The notes below the pieces were generated by a model. That model was not told the DNA's origin, did not search any database, and was given only the letters and a program-made list of their open reading frames with translations. A DNA stretch of 62,558 bases, the filler included, from Choristocarpus tenellus KU-1152 (taxonomy: Eukaryota > Protista > Phaeophyceae): the NCBI GenBank assembly GCA_964200185.2. It is 11 parts of 11 records of this genome, joined end to end, with 100 filler letters (N's around TTAATTAATTAA, not from the genome) between each part and the next. Parts side by side here need not be neighbours in the genome. Positions count along the whole stretch, not along the records: positions 45,553 to 53,283 come from CAXNAD020005670.1; positions 53,384 to 56,846 come from CAXNAD020019863.1; positions 56,947 to 62,558 come from CAXNAD020010253.1; 8 more parts are not named here. The stretch is one strand, 5' to 3'. Position 1 is the first letter of the stretch. Each line of letters starts with the position of its first letter. This document shows, piece by piece, positions 49,602 through 60,484 of the stretch. The translations under genes and the position numbers were made by a program.

Positions 49602-52600
49602 ATGTCTACCCTTCTGAGTACGGACATTAAGTGGGAAAAACCTTCCACCAAGAGGTTTGCTCCACCAGGAGGCAAGACCAGTATATCGCTCGGAAACTAC
49701 AGCGAAGATCCACTTCGTACACCCACGAAGGGCTCGCCGCCCGCGCCAGTTCAAGCTTCCCCCATAGCATCCCCACCCACATTCAAAGCGAGTGCAATCA
49801 GCTCGTCGAAAACGCCGTCGAGCTCGTTGCTTGTTGGAATCGCGGTCCAGGGGACAGAGCCTGTCCGGATCGCCACTCGCACTGCCTTGTCGCGCATGGG
49901 GGCCGAGGTTGTGCTCTACGAGGTGTCGGATCCACTGCAGTTGCCCTTCGCTGCCCAGTGCCTGATTTCCGATGTAGGAGTGTCAGCAGTGATAGCGATC
50001 GGATCCCTTACGGACTTCATTGCGCAATACGACTGGGGTGCAAAAGAGGTAGCCCAGGCCTTAGTACAGAGCTTGCTCCATCTTTCGCTAGCTCAGTCCG
50101 TTCCCGTCGTCAATGGCCTGTGCTTCAAACAGCACACTGCTGCGGAAGTGGCCTTGCTTGGTGGGAGACTTGCATCTGGGGCCATCAGCTTGTCGGACAT
50201 GAAGTCGAAGAAGGTGCCTTACTCCATCGGTAAGACCAACGAAATCTTCTTGCCATTAGATCAACGAACAGCCGATCGAGTCAAACTGTGCAATCCAGAT
50301 AAGAGTGCAATATAGAATCATTTGACACACAATACATTTGAACCTTCTTTCAGTCCAAGTGTTAGAGACCGAACGAGTATGATTTTTGAAATTGAGAAAT
50401 GTTTCTTACATTTAAAGTGTAACCATACTTGTGCATCCACCTGTGGAAATAGGACATGAACCAATTCATGCACTGAAATTGAACTAGGGCTAGATGGTTG
50501 TGTTGTATGAGATTATGCAATGTACATGAAAGTGGTGCCAACCTCATCGTCCTTCAACTTTGTTTCCCTTCTATGAAAATCATTGTTGCGCGTGCTTGAT
50601 CAACGATACCAATATCCTTACCCCCCCTTGGGCCCTCATGGAAAATATCCTCTTTATCAAAGGGGGGCCTTCTATGCCCCCAGTCATGAATTCTCCAAGG
50701 AGTGTTGCAGGGAAAAAGAGTGCTCCTGTTGAAAGAAATATGATGCATTCACGTAAAGGCAGCACTGTGTTTGAGGCGCCAAGAACAGTTCCTCAGGACC
50801 TGACATCGCTTATGCTGGGCCTGCGCACATCACTCAATAACCATGGAGCCAAGTGAGTTTCTTGTTTGTAGTTGTTGTACGGAAAATGCGAGATTACTTG
50901 ATACTTTTTTAACAGAGAAGTTGAAACATTTTACTAAACTTTTCCTCCCAGGTGCTAGCATTGCACCTTCCATGTTATATTTGCACAAAGGAGCAAGCTA
51001 AGTAGTACGTCATAGGAGACATTTGGCTAATGAGAGTGGTGCTAATGACTGTTGTATAAACACCTCATGTCACACGTGCCTTACACTAACAACATCATGC
51101 TACAGTAGTCAATGTTTTAACAACTCATTCTCTATTTTCTGATATGGAGTTGAGTCAAAGTATCTGGGGGGGGAGGGGGTGGTTTGTGAGGGGGCGTCTG
51201 TTTTGGTCAAGCAACTCTTTTTTTTGCCTACATTTCAAATCCGACACGTGCGACCAAATCACACAAGAATGTGAAAATCGAAGAAAGGGTGAAAAACAGA
51301 CGCCGACACCCCCCCCCCCAGATACTTTGACCCAGTTTGAAACAGTGCAACTATTTCCGCTCAGACATTTTTCCACCGAAAAATTTCAAGCTACATGAGA
51401 TATTTTTTCTTATATGTTCACAGTTATAAGCCAGATCTATTGTGAACATGAAAGTTTGTTCATTCAATAATCCCATGGGACTTCTCAAACAAATGATGGA
51501 GTTGCAGGAATATTTCAAGCAAGCAACAGTTGCAGTTTTTGTTTGCATGTATTTCCGGATATAAATCTTAGACTATATTCTATAACAAATTATATGATGT
51601 GTTACTTCAGTGTATGCAGTATTTTGTACTGCATAGTATCAATATAGGTGAGCTTGAAGGCTGCGAGAGGGTTGGGGGGTTGATCATAGAGTTTAAATTG
51701 AATGACTTCATGTACCACAACTATGCCTATCAATGTTGAAGAAGGGTTACATTTAAAATATATTTAACTTGAGCACCTAACTCCTAATGGTATTTTTGAG
51801 GGCTTGACCAAGTATCAGAGCAATGTCTGTACAGAATTCTTGCTCTGATTGCATCCACTTCCTACATATGGCTTGTATGCATAAGGACCAACAGGTTGAT
51901 GTACGGATAGTTTTTTCAAGGCTTGTTGGCATACATTGTTGATTCCTTCCCATATTCTCCCCGTCAGGGAGTACTCACTCACACATGTCCAACATCCAGA
52001 TTGTGAAGTCCACCCAATCGTTCTCCAGTTTTTGTTTATTCTTTGATTCCTCTTGTGCTGTTGAGTCTAGGCTACTGTCACAGGTTGAGCCCCATTTTGG
52101 GGGGGGCAGTGAGGATATGTAAGGTTGGACACACTTATGACTATCATGAGTATGATGTCTTGCACATATTAAGATTTTGTAATAATGCATATATGCATTA
52201 TGCCTGTATTGTTACTTGGGTGGATCCCAGGTTCACAGATTTCTATGTATGTTGGAGGCCAAACAGGAAAAGCCATACTAGTATTGATGTATTACACGTA
52301 TATATTGAGTTCTTCATGATGATGTGTAGACCAACTGTGGATGGACAGATTGCAAAGCAGAGGTGCCAGATGTCAAATGGGATATGAGATAGAAATCGTA
52401 CCAAACCCTCTTCCCCTTTCTCCCACTTAGGGGTGAGGGGGAGGGGTGAGGGGGTGTTTCCTGCTGCCTGTGAGACCAATTCCAAATGGGTATGGAATGT
52501 CAAGAAATGACAGCATAAGCTATGGCAGAATGGTGGAACACACACTTGATATGAAACTCTCCCCATGTTCTGTCCAAATTTTTTGCCGTGTTTTTTTTTT

Positions 52601-53162
52601 AGAGTTTCCACAAACCTTTGGCACTTCATAACTGTGCAACTTGCATTGGTTCTTCTCCTTGTTCCTCCTAAATTTGAAAATACTACATACTCCTCTGACA
52701 TCCTCTCCATCCTCTCCCTCTCCCTCCCTACACATACACACGCAAACACAAACACACACACACAAGAATAGAATATTTGAACATACTTTAAGGTACTAGT
52801 TAATGAGTACAATGTTGCTTTAACAGTTACAAAAGTATGTCTCTTCTTCCTTTCCCACAATTGTACAGGAAAAGGTGAGGGCCCCCCCCCCCCCCCCCCC
52901 CTAATATTTCTGTTCAGCGTGTTATTATTATGTCCCTTTTCTTTCAACATTGGCAGTGTGCGTGTGAATGTTTGTGATAAAATTGTGACAGGGGAATATT
53001 TGGACTGGCACGCAAGTTCCGGATTGGTGACGCCGACGGCAGTGGTGAAATTGACTTCCATGAGTTCCAGGTCTGCATGCGAGATACGCACATGGGTTGG
53101 ACGGAAGACGAGCTCAAGAATGTCTTTGAACTCTTCGACGATGATCACACTGGCTCTATTAG
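49602..53162 (+). CDS. Fusion protein: PPGG (SPIRAL1/Jupiter-like) motif + degenerate lumazine-synthase fold + calcyphosin-like EF-hands (exons 49602-50229, 50663-50852, 52992-53162; 3' end cut by contig)
   Basis: PSTKRFAPPGGKTSISLG; LLVGIAV..ALSRMG..VSDPLQLPFAA..SAVIAIG..QYDW..VPVVNG (RibH pattern); LRTSLNNHGAK|GIFGLARKFRIGDADGSGEIDFHEF..ELKNVFELFDDDHTGSI. Junctions G|GTAAGA to aaag|GG (phase 1) and AA|GTGAGT to gacag|G (phase 2) keep the frame. Confidence 0.82.
51152..51333. mobile_element. MITE family B (diverged interior), intronic, 4-bp TSD AGTT
   Basis: AGTT|GAGTCAAAGTATCTGGGG...CCCCAGATACTTTGACCC|AGTT. Confidence 0.9.
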
Positions 53163-53283
53163 GTACGTAGTGTTGTGTTCGGGAAGGGGGGGGGGGGGGG
53201 GGGGGGGGGGGAAAGAGTTAGGTGGAAGGGAAGAGCAAACGGCGAAAGCACAGGCACCCCCGAACGCAACTGGCGGTCCTGTT

Positions 53284-53383
53284 NNNNNNNNNNNNNNNNN
53301 NNNNNNNNNNNNNNNNNNNNNNNNNNNTTAATTAATTAANNNNNNNNNNNNNNNNNNNNNNNNNNNNNNNNNNNNNNNNNNNN
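53284..53383. other. Artificial contig linker
   Basis: 44N-TTAATTAATTAA-44N. Confidence 0.97.
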
Positions 53384-53670
53384 TGCACATTTATGCCCTG
53401 CGTTGGATTGCTTGCTTGAATAATTAGTGCGGTCGGTGGAGTCGTTTGACTGTCGATGGTGGAGGTGGTAGAAAAAAATAGTAGTTACGAAGTAGTTTTT
53501 TTCGGGGCGGCGTTTCATCGTGTCAATATGGACGGTTGACTGACTGAGAAGTATTATTTTCCCACATTATTAAATTATTTATCAATTATTGCTATCGTCG
53601 CCAAGTAGAAGAAGCTGTGCAAATTACCTTGGGAGGTAATGCTATTTGTTAGTAGTGAAGATAAGAAGGT

Positions 53671-53929
53671 GAGCCAAAGCATCTTAGAGGGTAGAGCCGC
53701 GTCCATTTGGGGGTCAAAATCCAATGTTACGATTTTGATGTAATGTTGGCTATCGTGTTTGTTAGGAAGTGTCAATATCTATGTTTCCGATACACCTTTT
53801 CATAATATATACATTTTACCTACCCCTAAACATTTTGGAGTAGGAAAATGTCATAAAAGGACCCATGGGAAGCCAAATCTCAAATGGACAAACAGGGCAA
53901 AACTCATACCCTCTAAGATACTTTCACTC
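53671..53929 (+). mobile_element. MITE family B2 (~259 bp)
   Basis: GAGCCAAAGCATCTTAGAGGGTA...TACCCTCTAAGATACTTTCACTC; homologous to 54489-54747 and 55257-55514; TSD not preserved. Confidence 0.88.
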
Positions 53930-54488
53930 ACTAGTCATCAAGGATGCATGCCAAACATTCTCACACAGTCGATCACAAGACATGATGTATGCTATGAGGA
54001 GCTGAAAAGGGAAAATAGTCAACAATAACGCCATGTGGAACATTTTTCGCATAGCTGATCGCAAGACCTGATATAAGCTACAAGGAGCTGAAACGGGCAA
54101 TAGTCTCATCATCGTCATACCAACAAAATGGACCTGCAGTTTCAACAACAATGGGAAGCTGGAGACTAAGGAGGTTGGGGATATGGTACTAACGACAACG
54201 AGCAAGAACTTGATAAAAGGGTGATACTTCATTATGTACTTTTGGTACCTGGTATACCATGCCGAATATTGAGCACTGGGACCCTCTGACAAGATGACGG
54301 AGACAATCGAGGCAATGCAGCCGGTGCTGCAACTGTGACCAAACCTGCGCCAGATGGAATTGGAATAGTCGTCGCCATACTTGTCCCTGAGGGGCATGCC
54401 CATTGATTGGAGACACCAAGATTCTTGCTTACAGAGTGAGAAAAGCAATCGCTGTACTTGCCACAAGGGGAGCAGGATATCAGCAGGA

Positions 54489-54747
54489 GAGTGGAAGTAT
54501 CTTAGAGGGTATGAGTTTTGTCCTGTTTGTCCATTTGGGGCTTGGCTTCCCATGTTTTTTTTAAAGACATTTTCCTAATCCAAAATGTTTCGAAGTAGGT
54601 AAATTCTATACGTTACGAAAAGGTATGTCCAGGACATGGATATTGACACTTCCTAACAAATACGAGGGCAAAAATTACATCATAATCGCAACATTGAATT
54701 TTGACCCCCAAACGGACGCGGCTCTATCCTCTAAGATACTTTGACTC
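54489..54747 (-). mobile_element. MITE family B2, inverted, inside Copia
   Basis: AGGA|GAGTGGAAGTATCTTAGAGGG...CCTCTAAGATACTTTGACTC|TGGA (TSD 3/4 match). Confidence 0.88.
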
Positions 54748-55256
54748 TGGAGCAATAGCTAAGCCTCCACCAGAGGGAGAAGGAGCAGCTATACCTCAGG
54801 TGTTTGCTGCGATAGGACACCTCCACAACCCCCCACTCGCCTGTAAGAGGCCTAGAGTTAAGCTTCCAACTTCTGAAGGGGAAGGAGCTAAGCAACCAAC
54901 CCTGGTAGGGTGAGGCGTTGCTCTTTCCAAGGTGGTTGTCACAATGGCAGACGTTGATGACTCTTGTAGGGAAGGCAGCCTGGTGAGGCAGGTTGTCGGC
55001 AAAGGGCTGCCTGCATAAGACTGGTAAGTCTGGGGTGTAAGTACTACCTACTCCTGACCATCCAGAACCATCTTCTATATCAGAGGCACTCGCAGATCCT
55101 GATTTATGAGAATAACAAGCGGCGATGGAGAAGATGGAGCGATAATGATGAAGGGAACATTCATCGAGGGAGAAAATCTGTCGAGACTAAGTCCGAATTT
55201 ATGATAAAGTCAATGGCCAAGGGGACCATCGAACGGTTCAAAGCCTGGTTAGTGGC

Positions 55257-55514
55257 GATTCAAAGTATCTCAGAGGGTACAGCCGTGTCCATTTGGGGGC
55301 CAAAATCCAATGTTGCGATTTTGATGAAATTTTGGCTATCGTATTTGTTACGAAATGTCATTATCCTTGTTCGGACACACCTTTTCATAACATACACACT
55401 TTAACTACTTCGAAACATATTGGAGTAGGTAAAATGTCATTAGAAAAATGCGGGAAGCCAAGCTCCAAACGGACAAACAGGGCAGAAATCGTACCCTCTA
55501 AATTACTTTCACTC
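55257..55514 (+). mobile_element. MITE family B2 inside the Copia RT, TSD TGGC
   Basis: TGGC|GATTCAAAGTATCTCAGAGGG...ACTTTCACTC|TGGC; removing it restores LVAQG in frame. Confidence 0.93.
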
Positions 55515-56400
55515 TGGCACAGGGCTTAACTCAACGAGAGGGTGTGGAATACTTTAACACGTCCAGCCCAGTGAATGAAATAATTAGGGCAGTGCTGATG
55601 ACAGCAGCAGCTCTGTGAGAGAACTAGATTGTACTGTTTTATCACCTCGCAGGTGGCACTGGTAGGGACTGCAACATGTACTGCGTCATGTTACAGGCTC
55701 CACTGATATGGGGATACACTGTCCCACCAAAGGAGAGAGAGACAGCAAAGGGCTCATAGGGTATGGGGACTCGAACTGGGTCAATGATCCTGTATCAAGA
55801 CGATGTGTCACAGGAAATCTATTCCTATTATTCAATGGAAGAATGAAAAACCGTGTGAGTATCTGACGGGCAAAACCTTCAACTATGAAAAGCTTTGGAC
55901 CTGGGGGAGCGATTGCTACGTCCCATGATAATCCCTGCTACGTCCACCTTCAAAGTTTCACACGCACACCAAGCGAGGGATTATCATGGGACATGATTGT
56001 GCATCACTGTGATGGTACATCTGGCTTTCTTAAGTCAAGTTGGTGACCTCAGCCCAAGTGACGTTTGAGCTAAATGAGCACACCATGGACTTCATGAGGG
56101 AGTGTGCAGAATAAGATACAAAATATGGTAATATGTAACCGAGAGCATTCAGGACCATTCAGACAGGCACAGTGTTGACAAGGTTGTAGATGAATTTCGT
56201 TCTGACTATGGATGTATATATTTTTGAAGGTTTGAGAGTTCCAGCAACCTTCCGTTGCCCACAATCTCATGGGGGAGTGTACGAAAATAGGGCGACCGTA
56301 AGGTGTACCATGTTTTGTGTACGTGAGATTATGGCAATGAATTAAGTCTATGTGATGTAACTAACGAGATAGTATATCCTGATTATGTATGGGGGTTATG

Positions 56401-56445
56401 GGCCCCACATGGACAGCCGGCCCCTCCCCCCAGATACTTTGAGCC
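56401..56445 (-). mobile_element. MITE family B1 terminal fragment
   Basis: ATGGACAGCCGGCCCCTCCCCCCAGATACTTTGAGCC. Confidence 0.7.
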
Positions 56446-56765
56446 ATTGGTGTAAAAGGTTTGGTTACGTCATGGAATCAGAGGATCCTGTCTATAAATC
56501 TGTTGTCAGCAACATTCTAGATCAAAAGGAACCCCCCCCCAAGCTGACCAATTTCCCGGACTACCACAAATGGAGGTAGTGCGAGTTCATTGTCATTGCA
56601 TATACTTAGTATATATGTGTGGACTATCTCAGGGTGCTGACAAGTTCAGATTTGATCATCATAGGTGAGTGTTCCCGTCCACAACTTCTTTCCGATGGGC
56701 TTGATGAGGCTGGTATTTACATGGATAATTTGACATGCTAATTGTATCCAACCTTCTGATGGTTT

Positions 56766-56846
56766 GGCTCAAAGTATTTGGGGGGGGGGGGGGGGGTGGG
56801 TTTCCATTTGTGGCCCATTTTTCCATGGCGCGTGTTTGTGGGATTT
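56766..56846 (+). mobile_element. MITE family B1, truncated by contig end
   Basis: GGCTCAAAGTATTTGGGG..TCCATTTG. Confidence 0.7.
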
Positions 56847-56946
56847 NNNNNNNNNNNNNNNNNNNNNNNNNNNNNNNNNNNNNNNNNNNNTTAATTAATT
56901 AANNNNNNNNNNNNNNNNNNNNNNNNNNNNNNNNNNNNNNNNNNNN
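56847..56946. other. Artificial contig linker
   Basis: 44N-TTAATTAATTAA-44N. Confidence 0.97.
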
Positions 56947-58049
56947 CCCCCCCCCCCCCCCCCCCACCCCCCCCCCCCCCCCCCCCCCCCCCCCTCACCC
57001 CATCACTACCCCAACGGAAATTTGTTATTTTTTTTCGGTTGATGCACCCTGACCAATCAGTGCAAGCGTCGCCGGCGCCGTTTCAATGTACAGTGTAAGG
57101 AGAAGGGTCATGAACAGAAGGGGGTCAAGGCTACCCTGAGGTACTTTGAGTGCACTAACTGCCACAGGAGATGTTCCTCCACTGAGCGCGCTGGTCCTCA
57201 GACTGGTTGCGAAAACTGTGGGAAGCACAACGCCTGGCAGAGGTGTGGTGCACACAGCGGAAAGGGTCCGGCCACCGGACAACGCGACAAGCGCTTCGTG
57301 GCTGCCCTGTCTGAGGTGATTGGAAAAAATATCATAGAAATGGAGGAGTTGTATGTAGGTGTGTGTGTGTGTGTGTAATGTCACTGAGGTATGAGGTTTG
57401 TTGTTGTGGAATATGTAAGATTCAATTGTATGAGTACCATAAGTTCGAATCTTGTGGTTCAACCCTGGGGATGAGCATTGTGATTAAGGCGCTCGGTGCC
57501 GTCTTGAATTGAGCTATAGAGACGGGAGGGTGTGTACGTAGGAGAGAAAACGGAAAGGTATGTACTGGGCAACGTAACACTCAAGATTGTGTTATGCCTG
57601 TAACACTGGAGACGAAAACGTAAGTAACGCAGAGTACTTAATGTTTTGTGAAGTGTTACAACACAGAGTGTTAACATAGTGTTGTCTGAGGTGTGCCATA
57701 GTGATTGTCAGGGTGTTTATTGGTTAAGAGGAGGGGGAATAGTTGCAAATATCCATGGGTTGGCATCTGGCAACAACTTGGTCAGCATAACACTCGGCGC
57801 TGTTATCTCCATAGCACAAAGTTATCCCACGCTGTGTATAGTGTTAAAGGACTAGCTCTCGTGGTTGAAGGAGGTAGTCTCATTGTCGTTGTTGGATACT
57901 TGTCTATATTTTATTTTTGTCATACTTCTCCATATTCAGTTATTCTAAAAAAGAATGAGATGTTTCATATTTTTTTATTGAGAGGTTTGTCACTGGTCTC
58001 TGCGACTTTTTTTAACCCTAACCCTTTTTGTCCGCACGGTAGAATAAAT

Positions 58050-58102
58050 TTTGCCCTCTTGAAATTTTGCAGATGTGATGTGTCAGGGGGAAAACCAATG
58101 AA
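58050..58102 (+). repeat. Diverged family A hairpin copy
   Basis: TTTGCCCTCTTGAAATTTTGCAGATGTGATGTGTCAGGGGGAAAACCAATGAA. Confidence 0.7.
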
Positions 58103-58126
58103 GTAAGTATTGTTAATTGTGTACTA

Positions 58127-59710
58127 CTACCTCTGTGCCGCAAGTTTGTGCCACCAAACGTCTGAAATCGCCCAGCAACAACGGTGCCGAATCGGACGAT
58201 AACCCTAACCCTAACCCCATAGAATGAAATAGGGTTGACAATCTCGGCTTTCAGAAAAGGTGGGGGTCGAGGATCATCAGGTACAAACTCCAGGTACTTC
58301 AAGTCGTCAAAGTAGGGGCCTTTTTGGGGGGATTTTGAGGCCAGAACTGGGGAGGGTCAGAACGCCGGCATGGCAACCCGCGTCGACCCCCTCACTTAGG
58401 AAGGGTGCCCAAGTGTCCCTGAATACTAGGGTTGCGCTCGCAGTGTGGCAAGCCCTCACGATGGTCCCTGGTGAGCATAAACTGCCACGACATGTTGGGC
58501 CGGCCCTCACAGCGGAGTTTGGAGGGTCCAAGCGTTTGCATGCAAGGGGTCTGGGAGGACGTCGCCGATCAGCTCTCTGCCCATGGCCACACGCTTGACC
58601 TAGGCGTGGTGGCATGTAGTGGGCAGCCGTTGGAGCTCACACCAACCAAGATGGCCACAATACATAGTATCAACTTCAATAATTGGTCATCCACAGTGCA
58701 TCAGGTGACATTGAAGATGGCCGCAAAGGGGCTGAATTATAGCACGAGCACCATAAACAGGTGGTTGGATGGTATGGGGGGCATGTCAAATCGCCACTGG
58801 ATCAAACCCAAGGTTAAATCGTAGCAAAAGGTATGGAGAACGGACTTTGTTTGCGAACAAGTGGACCCGAAACGTGGTGGTGTGTACACCTCCATGACGA
58901 ACACGATCCATGTGGATGAAACCTGGTTTTACATTATGGCTGATGGTAAAGGGTTAGGGTAATATGCCGCATGAGGATACTAGTGGCCTTCCAGGGTTCC
59001 CCGCTGTGGAGCACAAGAGTCATCTCCCCTAAACCATGATAAGAGTGATCATTGCACCCAGATTCGACTCACAGCTTTGACTGAAAGCTTGGTGTTTGGC
59101 GTGTGTGCGCACCAAAAACGGCAGACAGGACAAGCAAGAAACATAAAAAGGGGGATCTGTATGTGCAGGACTGTACTTTAGACCATTTGTGGTACAGGAA
59201 GTGGTACACGGAGGAGTTACCGCCTGCAATCAAGACCAAGATGCCTTGATTGCAGGGGAAGCATGTTGTCGTTCAGCAAGACAGTGCCACCCCCCACACA
59301 TGGGCAAGGGCAACTAAGAAATTTTGTCAGGGGCATGGAAGCCCGAGGGGTGGCCGATTAGGCTTGTGACGCAGCCATCTAACTCCCCTAACCTCAACAT
59401 CATGGACCTGCGCTTCTTGAGGTCTTTGAAGTGCCAGGTGATGGGGGAACGGTTTGGGTCTGTCGAGGAGATGGCGAAGGTCATTAAGAAACAGTATGAG
59501 GAGTAGGATGAAACCACACTTGAGAGGGCTTGGCAGCTCCTTTTTGTGGTGTACAATCAAGTACTTAGATACAAAGGGAGGAATGACTTCAGTGTGGAGC
59601 ACACAGGGGTAAGGAAGGGACAGTTGTCTGGTGAGTTTGAAAACACACCGGAGGTAGACATGGAGGCTTTTTAGGGGTTTTGTTTTGATTTGCTACAAAC
59701 TCTGAGGTAA
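58127..59710 (+). mobile_element. Near full-length, pseudogenised Tc1/mariner (DD39D-like) element
   Basis: Left end TA|CTACCTCTGTGCCGCAAGTTTGTGCC; catalytic motifs HVDETWF (~58909), QQDSATPH (~59274), QPSNSPNLNIMDL (~59371-59410); several frameshifts and stops; decayed right TIR ~59692-59710. Confidence 0.88.
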
Positions 59711-60310
59711 GTGCACACATACCCCTCTCTCTCTCAGGGCCAATCTCGAATCCTCTAGATCATCCCTAGTACATGTGCATATATGTTACACCTATACAGT
59801 CACATGTGACAATAACCTCAAACCGTGGGATTTCCAACACCCTTGTAGGCATTTTACAATGCGTTGTACTCCTGGAGTATGAGATTTGTTCTCATAGTGT
59901 GTGTGAACTCTTCCATGTGCTGTACAGCATGTATGCTTGTAATGCAATTTTAACCTTTTTTTTAAAGAGGTGAGGTGTCTCTTGTGATTAGGTTCTGATG
60001 ATTTGAACAATATACTGTGCTCATACGCTACCAAAAAAGATGATGCCTTAGCAAACTCGTATTTGGCACACAGTACAAACCACTTGATTGCATGACACTC
60101 ACTCGCTTGTCTACAAAACAAGTTCGTTTGACAGCCTCCCTTCCCTTTCCTTCCCTATGTTTACCTTGTCAATATTCTTGAAATCTCAGTGGACAGACCA
60201 GAGAGATCTCAGCCTTGCTGCCACAGATTGCAGGTAAAAGCCACAAAAACTCCGAAAGCAAGCTTTGGTGCCATGGGATATCTTTCTTCTTGAGATGCAG
60301 TTGTTTTTTG

Positions 60311-60484
60311 TGGTCGAAGTTTCTTGGAGGGGTGGCGGCTGTCCATTCGGGGCTCATTTTTCCATGTTGAGATGTTTGGGTGATTTGGTTGCATGCGTCG
60401 GATGGGTAATGTAAGTGTACATTTACGGGTCTGGGTCCAAATGGACATCGTGGTGTAGATCCCCCCCCCAAGATACTTTGTGCC
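60311..60484 (+). mobile_element. MITE family B1, full length, diverged
   Basis: GGTCGAAGTTTCTTGG..GGCGGCTGTCCATTCGGG...CCAAATGGACATCGTGGTGTAGATCCCC..AGATACTTTGTGCC. Confidence 0.85.

Larger units (their letters stand above)
54140..55840 (+). mobile_element. Degenerate Ty1/Copia pol remnant
   Basis: Protease-region NNGKLETKEVGDMVL..VLLVPGIPCRILS; RT RFKAWLVA|QGLTQREGVEYFNTSSPV; VLRHVTGSTDMGIH; RNase H LIGYGDSNWVNDPVSRRCVTG. Contains stops and large deletions. Confidence 0.88.

Noticed and set aside
4620-56946. Repeated TTAATTAATTAA motif as a biological repeat, and gene clustering across it
   Set aside because: Always centred in exactly 88 N; it is an artificial six-frame-stop joiner, so neighbouring contigs may be unlinked.
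57025-57310. GC-rich minus-strand ORF as an exon
   Set aside because: Plausible acceptor but no recognisable protein similarity or clear donor.
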